In this document: piece by piece, positions 47,215 to 55,714 of the stretch
How positions within the stretch are numbered: position 1 is the stretch's first letter
Layout of the letters: every line of letters starts with the position of its first letter
Assembly: GCA_963698075.1 (NCBI GenBank)
Contig: OY969116.1
Coordinates: 606,131-670,130, forward strand
From: an uncultured Candidatus Berkelbacteria bacterium
Lineage (GTDB): Bacteria; Patescibacteriota; UBA1384; UBA12157; JAENIV01
DNA: 64,000 nt
Reading direction: 5' to 3'
Notes under the pieces: generated by a model
What the model was told of the DNA's origin: nothing
The model's database searches: none
What the model saw: the letters and a program-made list of their open reading frames with translations, nothing else
Made by a program: the position numbers and the translations under genes

Positions 47215-47532
47215 AAGACCTATAAATTCTATTTACATTTATATTCGGTTAATCAAACCTTGCCCAAAAAAGATCGTTATGGTTTAGGTCTGAAAACGGA
47301 AAATTTAGCGATGCAAATGCTCGAAATGCTTTTTGAAGCCAATGCTAAATCCGGAAGCCAAAGGGTTGAGATGCTAAACAAAATAGATTTGAAACTTAAA
47401 GTTTTACAGACCGTTATCCGACTTTGCTGGGAAGCAAAAGCGCTTGATGAAAATAAGTACATAAAACTACAAGAGCTTTTACAGGAAATCGGAAAAATGC
47501 TCGGTGGTTGGATCAAAGCAACCAAAATGTAA
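47164..47532 (+). CDS. avd: DGR accessory variability determinant (Avd, four-helix-bundle protein)
   Basis: YSVNQTLPKKDRYGLGLKTENLAMQMLEMLFEAN...LQELLQEIGKMLGGWIKA aligns with Bordetella phage bAvd (YPIAQSIPRKHGVAREMFL...IAEVGRILGSWIAR). GGAGG RBS. It is on the opposite strand to the RT and overlaps its 5' end by about 50 nt. Confidence 0.75.
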   Translation: MNNTFAINKFFDISIIHKTYKFYLHLYSVNQTLPKKDRYGLGLKTENLAMQMLEMLFEANAKSGSQRVEMLNKIDLKLKVLQTVIRLCWEAKALDENKYIKLQELLQEIGKMLGGWIKATKM

Positions 47533-47557
47533 TTGACTTGTGGATAAGAACTTTTAA

Positions 47558-47681
47558 GACTTCGGGAGAAGGAAACGCCGAGATTGTCATTCCGATTGTC
47601 AGGTTCATTCGCATTGACATTGACACCATCAGACTTGAAGTTGCCGACATTGACGAGCTTGCCCTCAGAGTTCCGACGTTT
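47558..47681 (-). repeat. DGR template repeat (TR), template sense on the minus strand
   Basis: 124 bp, homologous to VR1 and VR2. In template sense it encodes Asn-rich KRRNSEGKLVNVGNFKSDGVNVNANEPDNRNDNLGVSFSRS (AAY codons). It is not within a gene. Confidence 0.85.
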
Positions 47682-47968
47682 CCTACACTTTTCCATCCAA
47701 GGCAGCAGTAATATGTGGTTTTTACCCAGACATTACTTGTATTAATATGTGGCAGCATCCGCTTAATGAGCGAAACCTGCACCAGAAAAGTGTAGAGCAG
47801 TCTTAATTTAGTAGGCGAAGCGCATCCGTAAACACGCTTTCATTGCCTAATAACATTTTACCAGCAATTTAGTAATTCTAAAAGAAGAGATCTATATAAA
47901 AAATTTTGGATCGGCTGCCAACCCAGAGGGTTGGCAGATCAAAGTTTCAAATATCAACGCTCAAAGTG

Positions 47969-48937
47969 TCAACGACTGCGGGAGAAGGAAACGCCGAGAG
48001 CGCCACCCCGATCGCCAGGTCCATCCGCATCGACACAGACACCATCAGACCCGAAGCCGCCGACACCGACGAGCCCGCCCCCAGAGTTCCGACGACCAGT
48101 CCAAGAATAAATATTTTCTAGTAATCTTTGCTCATTATTTTCACGGTACATTATAAGGTCATAGAGAGCCTCTACCGGTTTTTGTCGTGTTAATTCAGTA
48201 ATTTTAAGCGCCTCTAGTCGTGCAGCTGCCTCTTTCCAATCAGAATCGATTAAACGCTCAATTTCCGAACGTTTGCCATTAAATTCTTCAACGGCTTCCT
48301 GAAATTCTTTTGGCAATGCACCACCCGGAAACGCCTGATTAAGATAGCCTATAATAGTATCTGTCTGTTCGAGATAGTTTTTACTTGTAGAATCGGGAAT
48401 AACTTCTTTGGAAGTAAGCGCCCATTCCATTTGTGGTGTTTCTTCGGTAAAAAATTTCTCGCCTTTATACCAATCAGTATCGTAGAGAACTTTTTCGTCC
48501 CTTCCTTCAAAACGAGCCGAAAGAAGACCCTCCATGCGTTCCATAGTCAGCGGGCTACCGTCAAGGTCACAATTTGCTCTTAAAACTAAGAATTGACCCA
48601 ACCCCTTCGCTTTTTCGAGTTCAGTTGCACTAAAAGGAATACTGGGGACTTCGGCGGAATTTATTTTTATCCCGAATGCCTTTTCGACTTCTTCTGGGCC
48701 CAGGCAATCACTACCTAAAATTTCTTTAGCTTTTTCAACCTGTTTGGCAATCTCACCACCCAATTCCGGTTCGGAAGTTATCCCAAATAGCCCTTTCAAT
48801 TCAAGAGCTTTTTGCAGAATCGCTTCATAGTCGGCGTCGGTCCTAGCACGACTTCGAAGTACAGTGATTTCTTTAGCAATTGTTATGCCTTGTGTCTCTT
48901 TTTCAGCGTCTTCTGGAGTTGGACCAAATTCGCTCAT
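47969..48937 (-). CDS. DGR target protein 1 (C-type-lectin/FGE-like C-terminal domain carrying VR1)
   Basis: C-terminus ..NIYSWTGRRNSGGGLVGVGGFGSDGVCVDADGPGDRGGALGVSFSRSR* matches the CLec VR pattern (..RGGSW...PDNRN..GFR). The body is paralogous to the C-terminal 250 aa of target 2. Confidence 0.75.
   Translation of the reverse strand: MSEFGPTPEDAEKETQGITIAKEITVLRSRARTDADYEAILQKALELKGLFGITSEPELGGEIAKQVEKAKEILGSDCLGPEEVEKAFGIKINSAEVPSIPFSATELEKAKGLGQFLVLRANCDLDGSPLTMERMEGLLSARFEGRDEKVLYDTDWYKGEKFFTEETPQMEWALTSKEVIPDSTSKNYLEQTDTIIGYLNQAFPGGALPKEFQEAVEEFNGKRSEIERLIDSDWKEAAARLEALKITELTRQKPVEALYDLIMYRENNEQRLLENIYSWTGRRNSGGGLVGVGGFGSDGVCVDADGPGDRGGALGVSFSRSR
47974..48097 (-). repeat. DGR variable repeat VR1
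   Basis: 21 mismatches against the TR, all at TR template-sense A positions (plus-strand T in TR becomes C, G or A). The flanking 25 nt including the stop are identical or nearly identical (IMH-like GGGAGAAGGAAACGCCGAG). Confidence 0.85.
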
Positions 48938-49023
48938 ATTTTTATTCCTTTACCTATTAAATAAAATTTGTATCGACCGCCTCCGGCGGATCAAAGCCAC
49001 AAATATCAAATAACAAAGTTACA

Positions 49024-49148
49024 GACTGCGGGAGAAGGAAACGCCGAGATCGCCACCCCGATCGCCAGGCTCAGGCGCACCGACATCGACACCATCAGAC
49101 CCGAAGCCGCCGACACCTGACGAGCCTGCCCCCAGAGCGCCGACGTTT
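49024..49148 (-). repeat. DGR variable repeat VR2 (contains a 1-nt insertion relative to TR and VR1)
   Basis: About 22 mismatches against the TR, all at template-sense A positions. There is one extra nucleotide at about 49116-49118 (plus strand caCCTga against TR caTTga). Confidence 0.8.
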
Positions 49149-51113
49149 TGTCCAGGTATAAACATTGGGAAGCAATCGCTCGCCTGTGGTTTGAAAGTAC
49201 GCCGCAAGATCATAGAGCGCTTCAGCGGGTGTTTGTCGAGTAAGCTCGGTGATTTGTAACCCTTCAAGCATTTCAGCCGCCTTTCGCCAGTCAGAAGAAA
49301 GAGTCTCAGCAATACCACCTCTTGCCTTTTGAAATTCATCAATGGCAGTCCGGTAAGCTTCAGGCAATGGACGATCTTTAAAGACTTGATTTTGTAGATA
49401 ATCGACGACCCTATCAGTTTGATCAAGATAATTTTTGCTTGTTGTCTCGGGGACTACGTCTTTTGAGACTAAAGCCCACTTCACTTCCATTTTTTCTTCG
49501 CGCAAGAATTTCTCGTCTTTATACCAGCAATCGTCTTTAAGTTTACCGGTTTTTTCGTCAAAAGCGTAAAGGAGCTTTTTTCCGTCTTTTACTTTACCGC
49601 TTAACTTTTCGTTAATTTCAGCCATAGTCATCGGCAAGCGCAAAACTAACATTTGCCCGAGCTCTTTTGCCCTCTCTAATTCTTCTTTAGAGAACGGAAT
49701 AGCCGGTGCTTCAACACTACCTTCAATACCAAAAGCATTTTTGGCTTCTTCTGGTCCAACAAAGTCTGCTCCCATGATCGTCTTAGCTTCTAAGATATCC
49801 GGCGAAAGCACCGTTTCACTGCTTCTTAAAGCTTCCTTGACAGAATCTGGAACTTCTGGTCTTGTCAATAAATCCGCAAGTTCCTTTTCGGTACGGGTTT
49901 TAGTAGTGCTTTCTGGACGGCTCGCTTGCTCGTCGAGCGTTCTTCTTCTTGTTTCGGCGGTCGGTACATAACCGACATGACGGATCAATTCCTCTAGTTT
50001 TTGTCTTTCAGTCGGAGATTCTAATTTATTAAGATAGTAATATCTTAAGGCGGTTTGGACGGTATCATTAATATCACCACTATAGAAACGCAGGACGAAA
50101 TCTCTGACCCGTCGGGGTTCCATGCGGTCATCGAAGGTAAAAGGTTGAGGTTGATCAGCACCTACTTTTCGTTCTTTGACCATTTCTTTGGCTGCACGAT
50201 GGAATTCTTGATACTTTTGCAGAACCTCCTGCATTCCTGGTATTTCGGCCAATGCTTCTGGTGAAAGTTTATTCTCTCTTGAAACAAGAAAGGATTTTTC
50301 CGATACTTCTTCGGTGGTTTGAACCAAACCAAAAAGAGCTTCAGTTGAATAATTAAAAGTGTCGGGTGGTAAATCAGTGACTTCTTTTTGATAAACCCAA
50401 CGACGAAGTTGAGCTGGATCGAGTGGCTCTCGACCGAAATAACCCTTGCCAGGCGGGTTCATAAAAGCGACAATTTTAGTTTTTTGTTTGCTGACCTCAA
50501 CTGATTCCGAGGCGTCTTCAGAAAGAACGACCTCGCCGTTTCTTTCTATCGCGTCTAAAACCTCATGCAAACGAATTAAAATGTTAGGGGCAGCGGCATT
50601 GATTTCGTCTAAAACAACTACTTTGGTTTTACCTTCCTCTTGTCTTAAACCGGCGGTGACTCGGCCATCGGCAAAAACATATTCTGGATCGTCTGGTTTG
50701 GTTCGGTGAGGATTAGGAATATAACGACCCATCAGGTCCTCAACATCGGTCGCGCCGTTCAAGTTGGCATAATGGACCTCCCAACCAAGCTCTGAACACA
50801 TTTTCCTGGCGGTGGTTGTTTTACCGACACTTGTGCCGGCCTCTACTAAGATCGGGTCTCCCTCTAACCAACTAACAGCTATCTTTTGTTGCAGTTCTAA
50901 GGCGAAACGATCACTAATATAATCTTGGTATTGCTCACGCTTGGGTGTAAATTCAGAAGTAGTTTTGGCTTTTTCTAAACGCACACCCAAATAAGAGACG
51001 GCAGTTTCGTCTTCTTGGACAGGCCGGCGAGTTTCGGGGTTGACCCGGGTCTGACTAACGGTCTCTTCCGATTCCGAAGCCGGATTAAAGTTAGATTCTG
51101 GTGAATTTGGCAT
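49095..51113 (-). CDS. DGR target protein 2: MoxR-like AAA+ (AAA_5) ATPase fused to a CLec-like domain; C-terminus frameshifted inside VR2
   Basis: Walker A ILVEAGTSVGKTTTARKM, Walker B KVVVLDEINAA, NPPGKGYFGREPLDPAQLRRW (MoxR/AAA_5 signature). The C-terminal 250 aa are paralogous to target 1. The reading frame ends TWTKRRRSGGRLVRCRRLRV*, whereas the alternative frame (ORF 49019-49426) continues ..GVGGFGSDGVDVGAPEPGDRGGDLGVSFSRSL* as in target 1. Confidence 0.7.
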   Translation of the reverse strand: MPNSPESNFNPASESEETVSQTRVNPETRRPVQEDETAVSYLGVRLEKAKTTSEFTPKREQYQDYISDRFALELQQKIAVSWLEGDPILVEAGTSVGKTTTARKMCSELGWEVHYANLNGATDVEDLMGRYIPNPHRTKPDDPEYVFADGRVTAGLRQEEGKTKVVVLDEINAAAPNILIRLHEVLDAIERNGEVVLSEDASESVEVSKQKTKIVAFMNPPGKGYFGREPLDPAQLRRWVYQKEVTDLPPDTFNYSTEALFGLVQTTEEVSEKSFLVSRENKLSPEALAEIPGMQEVLQKYQEFHRAAKEMVKERKVGADQPQPFTFDDRMEPRRVRDFVLRFYSGDINDTVQTALRYYYLNKLESPTERQKLEELIRHVGYVPTAETRRRTLDEQASRPESTTKTRTEKELADLLTRPEVPDSVKEALRSSETVLSPDILEAKTIMGADFVGPEEAKNAFGIEGSVEAPAIPFSKEELERAKELGQMLVLRLPMTMAEINEKLSGKVKDGKKLLYAFDEKTGKLKDDCWYKDEKFLREEKMEVKWALVSKDVVPETTSKNYLDQTDRVVDYLQNQVFKDRPLPEAYRTAIDEFQKARGGIAETLSSDWRKAAEMLEGLQITELTRQTPAEALYDLAAYFQTTGERLLPNVYTWTKRRRSGGRLVRCRRLRV

Positions 51114-51120
51114 CGTAATT

Positions 51121-51525
51121 TTAAATTCGATAAGTTAAACCAACTCGTTCCAAAATATTATAATTGATACTAATGTTTTTAAGTATTTCATCGGTAGTCA
51201 AAAAGATAATACCTGTGTCTTGGTATTCTACTGAGTAAACCGTTGGTTGCATCGTATCGTGGTCAAAAAACTCAATTTGCCCCGTGGGATACTGAACTAT
51301 AAAATCATACTCTGGTTTAATGTCGCTACCCAACACTAAGAAATTTCTCTTATTATTTTTAATATTTTGCGCTAACTGGATAGCAGATTTAGATTCTATA
51401 AAATTTTCTTTTTTAAAGATTTCTTGGAATTCTTTTAATTCAGATTCATTACGAGCAATTGCCAAAGAAATCTCTTTTTGGCCTATTGTTAAATTTAAAA
51501 ATTGCTGAAACTTTTTTGTATCCAT
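51121..51525 (-). CDS. Hypothetical protein co-operonic with the AAA+/vWA genes
   Basis: 134-aa ORF between the vWA gene and the AAA+ target, with an 8-nt gap to the downstream gene. Confidence 0.45.
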   Translation of the reverse strand: MDTKKFQQFLNLTIGQKEISLAIARNESELKEFQEIFKKENFIESKSAIQLAQNIKNNKRNFLVLGSDIKPEYDFIVQYPTGQIEFFDHDTMQPTVYSVEYQDTGIIFLTTDEILKNISINYNILERVGLTYRI

Positions 51526-51538
51526 TGATTATAACTTA

Positions 51539-53605
51539 TCAAAATTTATCATAGTTAGCAATTACTTCGCGAATCAGATCGGCTAACTTTTCAGCCATTT
51601 CTTTAATGTTGACATCGGCTAAGCTATTAGGATAATATCTTTCAACATGTTTAGTACCGGGACCGATTCCTAAACCAATCAATTTTTGATTGGTTTCACT
51701 TAATATCCTTTGGACCATTTTTCCTAAATCGTACGTTGCTCGTGGGTGCATGAGTGACTCTTCGGGTCTGCCGTCTGATAAAACGATTAGGAATTTTTCG
51801 GCAGCCTTTTGTCTATTCAGTCTTTCCGAAGCCCGCTCTAGTGCCCAACCGTCGTCGTTCCATCGAGCCTTGCCCGTATCGCTCGTGTCGCTAACTTCCT
51901 GAAGCATGCCGCCCATATTCTCTCTGATGGAACTGGCCATTGGCTCCCCGAAGCTTTGATATTCATAAATACGATCATTAAAACCGAGTATCTCAGTTTG
52001 TATGGATAGACGGTTTAGAACTTCAGCAAGCACAATCACCGCCTTAAATGTCTCGTCGATTTTTTCACCCTGCATTGAGCCAGAAAGATCAGCTAGAAGT
52101 GTAATCGCATAATCTTTTTCTGCAGGCAACTCACGTCGTTCCCAGGCCTTACTTTCCATTGCTGGTATGCCTTTAGCTTTTTCTTGGATTCTCTTTTTAA
52201 TATCAATTCTTTTACCAGTGCGAAAACCGCCATCCCATTGATGGGCACGCCTGGCAACGAACAACTCTCTTAAATCTTGCTCCAGCTGGTCAATAATCGG
52301 CAAAACTTCTCGGCGATATCGCTCGTAGATATTAGCGTCTTTTTTAAGTTCTTTGGCTACCAATTCTCGATATTTTCTGATTTCTTCAGATTCTTCTGGT
52401 CTCGTAGGAGGAGGTCCTTCAGAGACTTTTGGACGTTCGGAAATTTCTTCGGTTGCTCTATCGGCCTTCTTTTCGGGATCATCCGATAACTTGCCTCCTA
52501 TTTCTTCATTCAGTTCTTTTTCAAAATCTTTAAGTGCCGCTTCGGCTTTTTCCTGCAGTTCTTTTTTCTTTTCTTCTGGCAAAGAATCGATATAATCTTG
52601 TATTTTTTGCTTTAGCTCTTCGGAGAATGAGTCCATATCTATCGGCATAGGTTGACCTTCTGCCTGTTGCTTTTGCGCTTCCTCCAAAGCTTTTTTGATT
52701 GCCTCTTCAAGAGTTTTTTGTTCTTCAGGCGTTAATTTATCCGTTAGCTCTTGTGGTTGACCTTGACCTTCACTCGTGGCTTGTTCCATCTCTTTTAATA
52801 ACTCTTGGGTTTGCTGGTCTTCCATATCTTTTTCAACCAGTTTTTTGAATTCTGGCCAAACCCGATCTCTATTAATTTCATACGATCTTTCTGCATACCG
52901 ACTGATTAATTCTTCGCTTTTATCAGCTTCGGCTCTTGAAGGATACCGCCACCAAGAATCTCTGGCTGATTCCAAAGTAGTCGAGACAACGACTTTGACG
53001 TCTTCTGGCAAATCTTCAGAGATTTTTATTTCTTCACCTCTGATTTCTCCAAACCATTGTCTAATATATTCATATCCCGCCTGCATAAACTTGGGTTTGC
53101 GTCCAAGTTTATCTTGAGCTTCTTCGCTCATTTTACTCTGCGATTCAAAAAATTTTCCCCATGCAATATCAACATTTTCTTGATATTTTGGATAACTTTC
53201 AGCCACAAAATTATCACTCCTTGGATCTTCAATAAAGTTTGACATCGCCGAAAATCCAGGCTGTTGCCATACTTCCAAAGGAATAAATTCCGTTCTACTT
53301 ACCCTGCGATGGCCGCCTTCATGGCAGATTAGATAACGAAGTTCGTCAATCGGTTTTTCCAAAAGATCTTTGGGATCTATCCGGATTTTGTTTTCCTTAA
53401 AATCCCAATGCCAACCCTTTCCTGGTTCGTTCAATTCGACTGGAATTCTAAAATCTTTGCCGATAAAAAAGGCAAGTGATGATAGAATTTGTCTTTTCCT
53501 TTCAATCTCCGCAAGATCAGATTCAGTGAATTCAGGGTTAGATTCTGGCTGTTCAGTTCCTCCTAGATAATCCTCTGTTGAATTGTATGTTTCCGGATTA
53601 GCCAT
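51539..53605 (-). CDS. vWA-domain protein with N-terminal HExxH metallopeptidase-like motif
   Basis: LICHEGGHRRVS (HExxH). Acidic coiled-coil middle. C-terminal vWA with MIDAS DLSGSM (DxSxS) and ..VLSDGRPEE. The usual partner of a MoxR AAA+ ATPase. Confidence 0.65.
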   Translation of the reverse strand: MANPETYNSTEDYLGGTEQPESNPEFTESDLAEIERKRQILSSLAFFIGKDFRIPVELNEPGKGWHWDFKENKIRIDPKDLLEKPIDELRYLICHEGGHRRVSRTEFIPLEVWQQPGFSAMSNFIEDPRSDNFVAESYPKYQENVDIAWGKFFESQSKMSEEAQDKLGRKPKFMQAGYEYIRQWFGEIRGEEIKISEDLPEDVKVVVSTTLESARDSWWRYPSRAEADKSEELISRYAERSYEINRDRVWPEFKKLVEKDMEDQQTQELLKEMEQATSEGQGQPQELTDKLTPEEQKTLEEAIKKALEEAQKQQAEGQPMPIDMDSFSEELKQKIQDYIDSLPEEKKKELQEKAEAALKDFEKELNEEIGGKLSDDPEKKADRATEEISERPKVSEGPPPTRPEESEEIRKYRELVAKELKKDANIYERYRREVLPIIDQLEQDLRELFVARRAHQWDGGFRTGKRIDIKKRIQEKAKGIPAMESKAWERRELPAEKDYAITLLADLSGSMQGEKIDETFKAVIVLAEVLNRLSIQTEILGFNDRIYEYQSFGEPMASSIRENMGGMLQEVSDTSDTGKARWNDDGWALERASERLNRQKAAEKFLIVLSDGRPEESLMHPRATYDLGKMVQRILSETNQKLIGLGIGPGTKHVERYYPNSLADVNIKEMAEKLADLIREVIANYDKF

Positions 53606-53697
53606 ATTTGACTCTAATCTAATATTAACTAATAATCCCTAACTTTTCAATCTGAATTTTAGAGATTATTAAGACGAAAGGAGCCAAATCCTAATTT

Positions 53698-54591
53698 CTA
53701 AAATTCATTGTTAAAACCCAATCCTCGGCCATGATTAGCAAATAATTCTTTGGTTTCCTTGTCAATAAAATCTGCTAAATCCTTGCGAGTTTTCCTACGA
53801 GGAATCATACCTGTGATGCCCCTGTTATTAATGCCTATTCTTTTTACAACCATAAAGGATGTCTGCTGATCATTTTTTTCTATTATCTTTAAGATTAGCA
53901 CCGTAAACGCATCGACCAAATCATTGTGTTTGGTTACGCCAAAATTAAGTAGCTGATCGATAAGTTGGTCAGCGCCCTTTTCCGGAAACAATATCCATTT
54001 ATTGAATATCCAAGTTGCAGCCATCTCAAGTCGCGCTCGCTTATCCATGCCATGAATTTGCAAACCCTCAGCCCGAAAACAGCTTTCGCGGAGAAGCTGG
54101 GTCAAATATCCTTGAAGCATCACCTCCTCGACATAAATCGAGGTTGAATACCGACCGAAACTCTTGGCGATTATTTTAATCTTTTCGATAGTCTGGGGAA
54201 TTTGCATCCGCTCGTTAATCGGATTCGGCAAAATATATATTCTTTTTTCATCGCCTGAGCCGATAATCATACAGGAAACGATGGCAGTGTAATCGGCGCT
54301 GTCTTTTTCGCTTATTGCCAGGTCAACTCCCAAGGCATATTCGTAATGCTGTCCTCTAAGAGGTTGGGGCAAGTCTCGGTAATACCCAATCCAATCTCTT
54401 GAAATAATTGGCTCGCGATTGTCAATGATTTTTAGGAGGTATTCGCGGCTCCAAGTAAACTTATTGCCGATCTTTTTTCTTTTCTTTTTCAACCGCTTCA
54501 AGATTAGGGAATTTTCCGGGCCACATGACGGTCCCGTTATCGGTAACGATCGGATATTCCTTGTATACTCCGCTTCGAATGCCTTCGGCAA
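53698..54591 (-). pseudogene. Large terminase subunit, C-terminal nuclease domain, separated from the ATPase domain by a frameshift
   Basis: RNase-H-like terminase nuclease motifs (..GDEKRIYILPNP.., KHNDLVDAF). It overlaps the ATPase ORF by 131 nt in another frame within an A/T homopolymer-rich stretch (ttttttcttttctttttc, 54470-54490). Confidence 0.5.
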
Positions 54592-55282
54592 TTTCGTTTT
54601 TTAGTCGCATAAGGAGACAATCGCTATGCAAAATATTTCCGGTTATAACAACCTTCGTGTTTTTATCTCCGAGCGGCAGAATTTCGCTCGTAAACCAATC
54701 GTAAGTGGCGTCTCTACCCTCTTGTGTTTTCACGCTCGAAAGGTCGTCTGGATCGTCTACGACCACCAAATCCGGACGGTATGCTCCGTGTTTAATGCCG
54801 CGAATAGCCTGCTCTTTAGAGGCAACGATTATACGGGCCTTGTAATTTTTAATGAAGATTGTTTGAGCATTCCATTCATCACTTTCGTCTCTAAATGGCC
54901 CCAAGTCTTCTTTAAGAAGATCGTTGGTTGCCAATTCGTTTTTGAGATTTTTAAAATGCAAGGCAGCCTGTTCTTTAACCTGGCTAACAATCAAGATGAA
55001 TTTTTTGGATTGAACACCTAAGATTCCCCATATCGGGTAACTCAGTGTATTGATCACGCTCTTGCCTGAATTTCTGAAGGCGCACAAGACGACAAGGGGA
55101 ATTGACTGGTCTTCGGTTAAAGCAAATATCACTTTTTGAAACATTGCAGTTTTGTACTTTAAATAGCGGCTAAAATATACGCTGAAGAATACCTCATGAT
55201 TTTCTCTTGTCAGTGCAATTCTTGTGGCTTTGTCTTTTTTAATGTAATCAAACAAGTTATTTTTTCTTTTTTTGCGTTTCAT
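54461..55282 (-). CDS. Large terminase subunit, N-terminal ATPase domain
   Basis: Walker A CAFRNSGKS, Walker B/coupling LVVVDDPDD and VVITGN. Confidence 0.55.
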   Translation of the reverse strand: MKRKKRKNNLFDYIKKDKATRIALTRENHEVFFSVYFSRYLKYKTAMFQKVIFALTEDQSIPLVVLCAFRNSGKSVINTLSYPIWGILGVQSKKFILIVSQVKEQAALHFKNLKNELATNDLLKEDLGPFRDESDEWNAQTIFIKNYKARIIVASKEQAIRGIKHGAYRPDLVVVDDPDDLSSVKTQEGRDATYDWFTSEILPLGDKNTKVVITGNILHSDCLLMRLKNEIAEGIRSGVYKEYPIVTDNGTVMWPGKFPNLEAVEKEKKKDRQ

Positions 55283-55706
55283 TTTTGCTCCTTTTAGTTT
55301 TAATTAAAGAAGCCAGTTCAAGAGCTTTCTTGATACTTGCTTCTTGTTCTGGTGTTAATTTTTCGTTTTGGGTCGTGATGTTACCACTAACCTCAAGTTT
55401 ATTGGCATAGGCTTTATGCCTATGATTTAACCAATAAAATATTGCACTTATATTCTGATCTTTTATTGCTTGAAGTAGTTGACTTTCGGTTAGGTCGTTT
55501 ACTAAAGCGATGCCTTCTTGAAGTGCAAGATCGGCAGCTCTAGCGAACTTTTTATCGTGGTTGTACCAGCGATAATAAGTTTGGCGAGAAATACTAGATT
55601 TTTCGCAAGAGGCTTGGATAATTGGGATTCTCTTGAGATTTTCAATAAAGATTTCTTTTTGTTTTACTTTTCTAATTTCAATTTTTCTGGATTCACCTTT
55701 AAACAT
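55257..55706 (-). CDS. Small terminase subunit-like HTH protein
   Basis: 149 aa. HTH SISRQTYYRWYNHDKKFARAADLAL. Immediately upstream of the large terminase. Confidence 0.45.
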   Translation of the reverse strand: MFKGESRKIEIRKVKQKEIFIENLKRIPIIQASCEKSSISRQTYYRWYNHDKKFARAADLALQEGIALVNDLTESQLLQAIKDQNISAIFYWLNHRHKAYANKLEVSGNITTQNEKLTPEQEASIKKALELASLIKTKRSKNETQKKKK

Positions 55707-55714
55707 TGATACTC

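Noticed and set aside
47558-49148. The three ~124-bp repeats as a CRISPR array or an IS terminal repeat.
   Set aside because: There are only three copies at irregular spacing (about 300 bp and about 1 kb apart). Two lie inside the 3' ends of genes. The differences are A-specific, which is DGR TR/VR behaviour rather than repeat-spacer structure.
49019-49426. The 135-aa ORF overlapping the 3' end of the AAA+ target.
   Set aside because: Only its last ~35 codons (the VR2 reading frame) are meaningful. The upstream part is the out-of-frame shadow of target 2. It is interpreted as the product of a 1-nt indel in VR2, not as an independent gene.
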